Shown: positions 58,262 to 64,000 of the stretch, one piece after another
Layout: the number at the start of each line of letters is the position of its first letter
How positions within the stretch are numbered: position 1 is the stretch's first letter
Assembly (NCBI GenBank): GCA_963736115.1
Contig: CAVTNR010000012.1
Span: forward strand, 382,461 to 446,460
Reading direction: 5' to 3'
Origin: an uncultured bacterium
GTDB lineage: Bacteria; Zhuqueibacterota; QNDG01; DTFT01
DNA length: 64,000 nucleotides
Notes under the pieces: generated by a model
The model's input: only the letters and a program-made list of their open reading frames with translations
Databases searched by the model: none
Told to the model about the DNA's origin: nothing
Translations under genes and position numbers: made by a program

Positions 58262-60118
58262 TCATCTACTCAATTCGGATAAAATTCTGTCTTTCATTTT
58301 ATTAATAATATTTGGATTATCAATATATCCTTTTTCTTGAATTTCAGATTCGAAGTCTATCTGAATATCCATCTCATTGAAAGATGAACCCATAAAACCC
58401 ATTGCTTGCAGGATATGATCGATTTTCAATTCATCAGAATTATTTAAATCAGCAATGGTTCTTCCTACTTGAATGACCTTAACCGCACCCTCTTGTACTA
58501 ATATTTTTTTCACCTTGTATTCTTTCAAATTCCCTTCTATCAGATGAAGATAGTTTCATAAGATGGAAATATCGTTGCATATTGTCGACTTCAGCATTTA
58601 CGGAGAATGGCAATCCTTGATACCGTATTGTTTGCCGATCCGCGTGCTTTTTCTTTATCCTATTTCTTATAGTTTGTGAATCCTCACAATTAGATATACC
58701 GAATCTTGATCCGGATTTAATGAATAAACCCGAACTTTTAAATCTATTCTATCCAAAAAAGGGCCACTCAATTTTCGTAGATATGAATCTACCATTTGTT
58801 TTGTACATTTACATTTATGAATTGTCTCTCGCCTCAGGATGATTTTCACATTCTCCATTCTGTTTCCATATAGTTTTATTACAAGTCGAACATTTATACT
58901 CTCCATAATAACCACAAATACATGGATTCATGGCAGCTATCATTGCAAAATTACACATAAAATCCACAGCACCTGATGCTCTACCGATAATTATTTTCTT
59001 TTCTGCAAGAGGTCCACGAAGATTCTCCAATATATCTCTTGGGAATTGGGGTAATTCATCTAAAAAAAGAACTCCATGATGGGCAAGAGATACTTTCTCC
59101 TGGTTCTTTACAATTATCTGGTCCTCGTCCGCCTAAAATATTAACTTTTGATGCTGAAGTATGAACCTGTCTAAAAGGCCTAATTACTATTATTTGTCCT
59201 TCCTTCAATAATCCTTTTGCGCTATATATTTGATTAATTTCGAAACACTCCCTTGGAGTAATTAAAGGCATGATACCAGGAATAGCCTTTGCTAGCATAG
59301 TCTTGCCTTCCCCTGGAGGGCCGAACAATAACGTTGAATGACCTCCCGCAACGGCAACTTCTAAAGCTCTTTTTGCTATATCCTGTCCAGAAATATCTTT
59401 GAAATCGACTATATCTCTTTCTTTTCTATCCTTTAAAATTGAACGTAATATAGATTTTACATCATAATTTATTCGATCAATTTCATCATTACCTAAAATA
59501 AAATGAACAATTTCTTTTAATGTCTTTGCATAATAGATTTTTGCTTTGGGGTGCATTAAATAATAAAAGACTTGCTTCGTCTTTCGATTCAAAAGGCACA
59601 ATAATATTTGCTTCCTTTGGAGTATTGGAAATCATACCCAACAACGATCTTGTACTTTTTAATTCACCATAAAGACTTAACTCACCAATAATTATCCAAT
59701 CGCTTTCTAGAACGCTCTTATATAGTTTCTTTCTTTTAATATTTCGATCTTTGATTTCCCAAAGTATTTTCCTAATTTCCTCTTCAGTTAAATCCTTTTT
59801 TTCAATTTTTTCTGGTTCATCAGATGTTTGACCAAGAATACCCAGAATAGCCGCTATAGGAGCCTCTAGCGTAGTTCCTGGTTTAGGTAAATCCGCTGGC
59901 GCAAGATTAATAGTAACTTCATACTTTGGATATTCAAGATCACAGTTTTTAAGGGCACTTTGCCAACGAGGAATCCCTTGCCTTAATGCTATTTGCGGCA
60001 AACCTAACAGCCGAATATCCAAAGATTCCGAATCATGTGGTGTTGCTAGATTTACCTGGGCTTCGTATTCAACAACATGTCCGCCAGCACCTTCTGGTAT
60101 CATTCCGAAAAAGGCCAT
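58262..60118 (-). pseudogene. ComM/YifB-family (Mg-chelatase/MCM-like) AAA+ ATPase, divergent, split by several frameshifts
   Basis: TINLAPADLPK, GELSLYGEL, DFKDISGQ, GPPGEGKTML, RPFRQVH, HGVLFLDE region, AAMNPCICG, SGPFLDRID, C-terminal RTIADL, spread over ORF fragments 59489-60118, 59056-59601, 58815-59030, 58667-58915 and 58262-58528. Confidence 0.85.
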
Positions 60119-60122
60119 ATCG

Positions 60123-60682
60123 CTATTTCCTCATGTGTGGATGTTTTTTTATATGGCATTTTTCACACAAAGTGATCAAATTAGACGAGGAATTCGAACC
60201 GCCCATAGACAATGGTATTACATGATGAACATGTATAATATCATATCACTAGACCCACAATATTTACACTTATAACCATCTCTCTCGCGAATCTCTCCAG
60301 AGATTTCATGCCAATTTTCAGGATACTCACCGAAACCAACAATACCTGATATTGTAATATAGAACCTTTTATCAAAACTCTTATATTTTTCGAAATGAGC
60401 AATTAATTCTTTAATATTTTTCTGAATTTCAAATAAAACAGGAAAATATTTTTCATGAATAACTCTTTGCTTTAATAATACTTCTTTATTTCTATCCGGA
60501 GATTCGATTATACCAAAAGTGATTATTTTTAAAATGAAATCATAAGTTTTTATCCTTAAAGGAATTTTTTGAGCTTCTTCTAATTGTTTTTGATACTCTT
60601 CTTTTGTATTTGAAAATATATCAATTAAATTTAAAATATCATTTCGTATAAGAGGAGCGTTATTTTTTATTGAAAAGTTCAC
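60123..60682 (-). pseudogene. HNH endonuclease with an N-terminal helical domain; frameshift near 60235; true start possibly ATG 60775
   Basis: YPENW...RERDGYKCKYCG, then in a shifted frame HVHHVIPLSMGGSNSSSNLITLCEKCHIKKHPHMRK-stop (60123). Confidence 0.85.
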
Positions 60683-61082
60683 TTATGGCTTTCTGATTTT
60701 TCAAGGTTTATCTCTTGGAGGCAAAAAATCACGAGCGGGTGGCCTTAAAATAATTCGCTTTTATATGTTTGGCATAGCCCTTCTGGCTATGCATCATTGT
60801 ATAGAACAAATAATTGAATCACCTTAGGATTTTTCTCGTCCAAATACAAAATAATTATTTTTATTCTAAATGCCGCTCAAGGCTAATACTTTGTAAATTC
60901 CCAGAAAATATTACCCGTCAATCCTGATAGATCTAATTTCTTAAGCTACAGCTCAAAGGGCTATCCCACACAGATTTTTAATAGTAATCACACTATCCCG
61001 GCCACACATCCAAGACAAACAGACTTCAATATAAATTCACACAATAAAGACCCTTCAACGAAATCCAATTTGATCAACCACG

Positions 61083-63552
61083 TTAATCATCATTCTCTAT
61101 CAAATCGATTGCTAATCTACTTTCCAATGCTTGAACGCAATTCGGCCAATCTAATCCATTAAATTCAATCAACATTTGGATAATAATCTCAGATTTATCT
61201 TCTTCTTCGATATTCTCATAAAATTTCATTACTCTGCTTAATAATGCTCTCACGGAAGGTAATTCGATTATATGTAATCTTTCAGATGGATTTGATTCTT
61301 TTAAAATGGGCAATATTCTTCCAATAATAGCTATTGATGCCTTATTGAAATATTTCTTATTTAGCCATTCTTCGTGATCATGGCATTGAGCAATTTCCCT
61401 TTTAAAATATTTCCCATCTTTACTTGTCTGTTTTCAATTCAAATCCAAAAGCTAATGGATCATTTTCTCCTTCCCATGTCACATCTGGCCCAGTCCCTGT
61501 TGTATTATCAGGCCTTTGAGAATTTAAACCTAATAACTGCCCTAATATCCGAAGAGCTTCTTCTGCTTTCTTAGTTTCTGGACCATAAATTAATTCGCTA
61601 TCTACTTTTTCTATTTCAGCAATAATATTATCCTTCTTTTTTTTATACATCTCAATAATTCTTCTGGCTTGATTGCTTATTTTAATTCCGCTCGCATCCT
61701 TATTTTTGAATTTTACCCTTTCCAATGGTCTACCTAATTCTGAACATATATTTGCTGCTCGATCGAAATCATTATATGCTCCGAAATTATCTTTTTCGCA
61801 TAATCGAGCAAATCCGCAAAGATGTTGATACCATGCCGCCAATTGAAGATCATGTTGTTTTGCATTTCTGACTAATTCTGAAATATTTTTTAACTGACTG
61901 AGAATACTTAGCCGTCCATAATTTCTCATATGTTCTTTCTGTAAAATTAGTTTAATATGCCATTCAGCAGTTTGAGCTAAATCGGCTGCTTCAATATATT
62001 GATTATATAATCTATCCCATTCTCTTTCTCCTGACAGAATCCCATTGATTAATTCTTCCCAGGTTACTTCTCCTTCTTTAACCTTTTTTGTTAGTTCTAA
62101 TGAAAGTAGCATCTGTTGTTGAAGTAGTTTCGGGAAAAAGCTCATTCTTTGATGATCTCAACCAAGTATGTAGTTGCGTTCCGATTACTAATACAACTCC
62201 ATGGTCTGTATTACTACGGAAGATACGTCCAATAGCCTGTATTACTCTCTTGTTGCTGTGTTCGATAATCGTATTGTTTCGATTCGAATATTTTCATCAA
62301 TAAATTTAGTAAATAGATTATCACTTTTTGGGAGACAGTCCAATATTAGTACTTTACATCCATCTCCTGGTAGATCATCTGATCATATTTAGCAACAAGA
62401 CTTAGCATTTCAGTTTCATTAGATTTACAAAATCGATTGATTTCTGTTTGTCCCAATTCGGGATTAAAAATGGTAGCAGGCGGGACCCAATTTTCAGCTA
62501 ATTTATATGAAGGTGAAATGACACACGATTTATACTTACTAACTAGAGTTTTTGCGCTATTTCGTTGTTCATCATCATTTTCTCCAGATACAAAAACAAA
62601 TAATCTCTGAGCTTCTCCTGACTTCCCACTTGGTTGTATTATTTTTGGACATCTTATACCGAATGTTCGAACAAAAGATGCCTGTGTTGGTATTGTAGCA
62701 GTTAGATATATTCTACGTACATTCTCTTTAAAGTAGTTGGACTGAAATAGTGGAAGTATTATTGGGGTTATCTCAAATTTGCGACCATTTACAATCAGAC
62801 AGCAATGATCTAGATGATCTTTGATGTGTTCCCAAGGTAAACCCTCTATTTCTTCAATCCCACGTGATAATAATATTTTCCTAATTTTATGAGCATGCTC
62901 AAAAAGCACAAACATTGGTATAAACATCGCCGATGAAAATCGACCATCCATAATATCATCGAAATGCCCAGACTGACCACTACTAATAAAATAATTACGA
63001 CAAAGTTCGATAATTTCATGAAATGCGCTATGTTCAAAAGGAATGCTTTATGTATTGTCCTCTTACTATATTTTCAGCAACATGGGCATCATCAAATACA
63101 ATAGCATCAATAACATTATCAGAAAAAATTGATTTCCCATTAAATAGTGTTGGGAATCAGTAAGACAAAATATGCTTCCAATATCAAATTCTTCTCGATC
63201 AGTCCAATTACCCTTATATCTAATTGCCGGTGATATACCAATTTCTTTTGCTCGTTCAAAAGTTTGTTCGATTAGCTGATTGTTCGGACACACATAAAGA
63301 ACATGTCCATTAGTCTCATTGACCAAGGATTGCGCTAATAAAATGCCACTCAAAAGTTTTACCACCTCCAGTATTCATTGAGATTAATATATCAGAGTTT
63401 GTTCTTTCTTTATGCCATTCTCTTAAAGCATTTGCTTGTGGTTCCCAAATATTTTCAATTGACCCCCGAAGAGTTAACTTTTTAAAAACCTCTAATGGAT
63501 CTATGGGTTTTCTATTCATTTTTGGAGACAACACAATATCTTGTAAAGGCAT
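61083..63552 (-). pseudogene. Hna-like SF2 helicase with C-terminal PD-(D/E)xK nuclease, split by frameshifts
   Basis: Q motif WEPQ, MNTGGGKT, YVCPNNQL, FDDAH, YLTAT, DLPGDGC, QAIGRIFRS, and C-terminal GPDVTW...FELKT; roughly 820 codons in total. Confidence 0.78.
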
Positions 63553-63784
63553 ATGGATATTCCTTTTATTGAAAGAATTTTATTCTCATTTTTATAACAG
63601 TAGCGTTCCGCAAATACTTATAAATCCCGATTTCATAAAGACTCTGCCTTGGGCTTTAAATGCATCAAGGTTATGTTCAAATAGAAGGACAAAGTACTCA
63701 GTGTTTACTCTGATCGTCCCAAGGTTCAGCCTAGGTCATCCAACCAATTGGGGCTGCTCCTCGATCGAAGGACGAAGCCCCGCA

Positions 63785-64000
63785 TCACCGAATCATCAAC
63801 GTCTGAATCGCCCGTCCTTCGATCGTCACCGGGAAAAACCGCCCGTCAAACTCGACCTGAAAGCGCATCGGCTGATCCCCCTGGTTCAGAACCACCAGAG
63901 CAATCGATCCGTCTGGCGTTTTTGCACGCCACAGCCATCAATTCTTTCAAATTCGAATCGAGGCCGATACGGAAGGCGCCGGGCCGTATGAATTTACTGA
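63785..64000 (-). CDS. 3' end of a GH30 glycoside hydrolase (truncated by the window edge, one apparent frameshift)
   Basis: SKFIRPGAFRIG...AVACK / TPDGSIALVVLNQ...AIQTLMIR-stop, typical of the GH30 C-terminal beta domain; GC-rich composition resumes. Confidence 0.7.

Larger units (their letters stand above)
58010..63720. mobile_element. AT-rich horizontally acquired island (putative defence island)
   Basis: Sharp drop from GC-rich to strongly AT-rich sequence between the Lrp-domain gene and the GH30 gene; no integrase or att site seen. Confidence 0.75.

Noticed and set aside
58262-58528. Independent 88-aa gene
   Set aside because: It is the C-terminal RTIADL (Mg_chelatase_C-like) part of the frameshifted ComM/YifB protein.
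58262-60118. Host comM disrupted by an integrating element
   Set aside because: The whole gene is contiguous and AT-rich inside the island, not a GC-rich host gene split by an insertion.
63503-63991. 162-aa plus-strand ORF
   Set aside because: It straddles the island boundary and is antisense to the GH30 3' end; no motifs.
1-64000. tRNA, rRNA, integrase or att sites
   Set aside because: No cloverleaf, rRNA-like sequence, recombinase motif or flanking direct repeat could be identified by eye.

Overview
GC-rich bacterial chromosomal window, probably FCB group (KSB1/Calditrichota-like). This taxonomy is inferred from C-terminal T9SS/Por-type sorting tails, a GWxTD protein and a DUF5683 protein. 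Bases 1-32 kb are one co-directional minus-strand run: a Wzy-type exopolysaccharide locus (wza, wzc, epimerase, priming glycosyltransferase, ugd, GT4, asnB-like, methyltransferase, GlpD-like), followed by housekeeping genes (glgA, lgt, purH/N/F, rimO, ftsY, ridA, folK and others). The housekeeping run contains a tightly coupled cassette of UbiA prenyltransferase, ferredoxin, archaeal-type geranylgeranyl reductase and CDP-alcohol phosphatidyltransferase. Bases 32-50 kb hold mixed accessory genes (DUF72, radical SAM, MFS, dcp, class II photolyase, fhs, secreted propeller). Bases 50-57 kb are a cytoplasmic glycoside catabolism locus (GH10, PfkB, GH116, and an atypical GH3 with a Lys-rich tail). 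Bases 58-63.7 kb are an AT-rich island with an Hna-like SF2 helicase-nuclease and an apparent two-gene operon of an HNH endonuclease and a divergent ComM/YifB AAA+ ATPase, a candidate undescribed defence module. All three island genes are frameshifted, possibly by sequencing errors. The window ends inside a GH30 gene. Intergenic DNA carries several families of palindromic mini-elements. These include a 160-bp structured element (3 copies) and a ~45-bp hairpin module that inserts cleanly into the hairpins of other elements, including into another copy of itself. No rRNA, tRNA or CRISPR array was seen.
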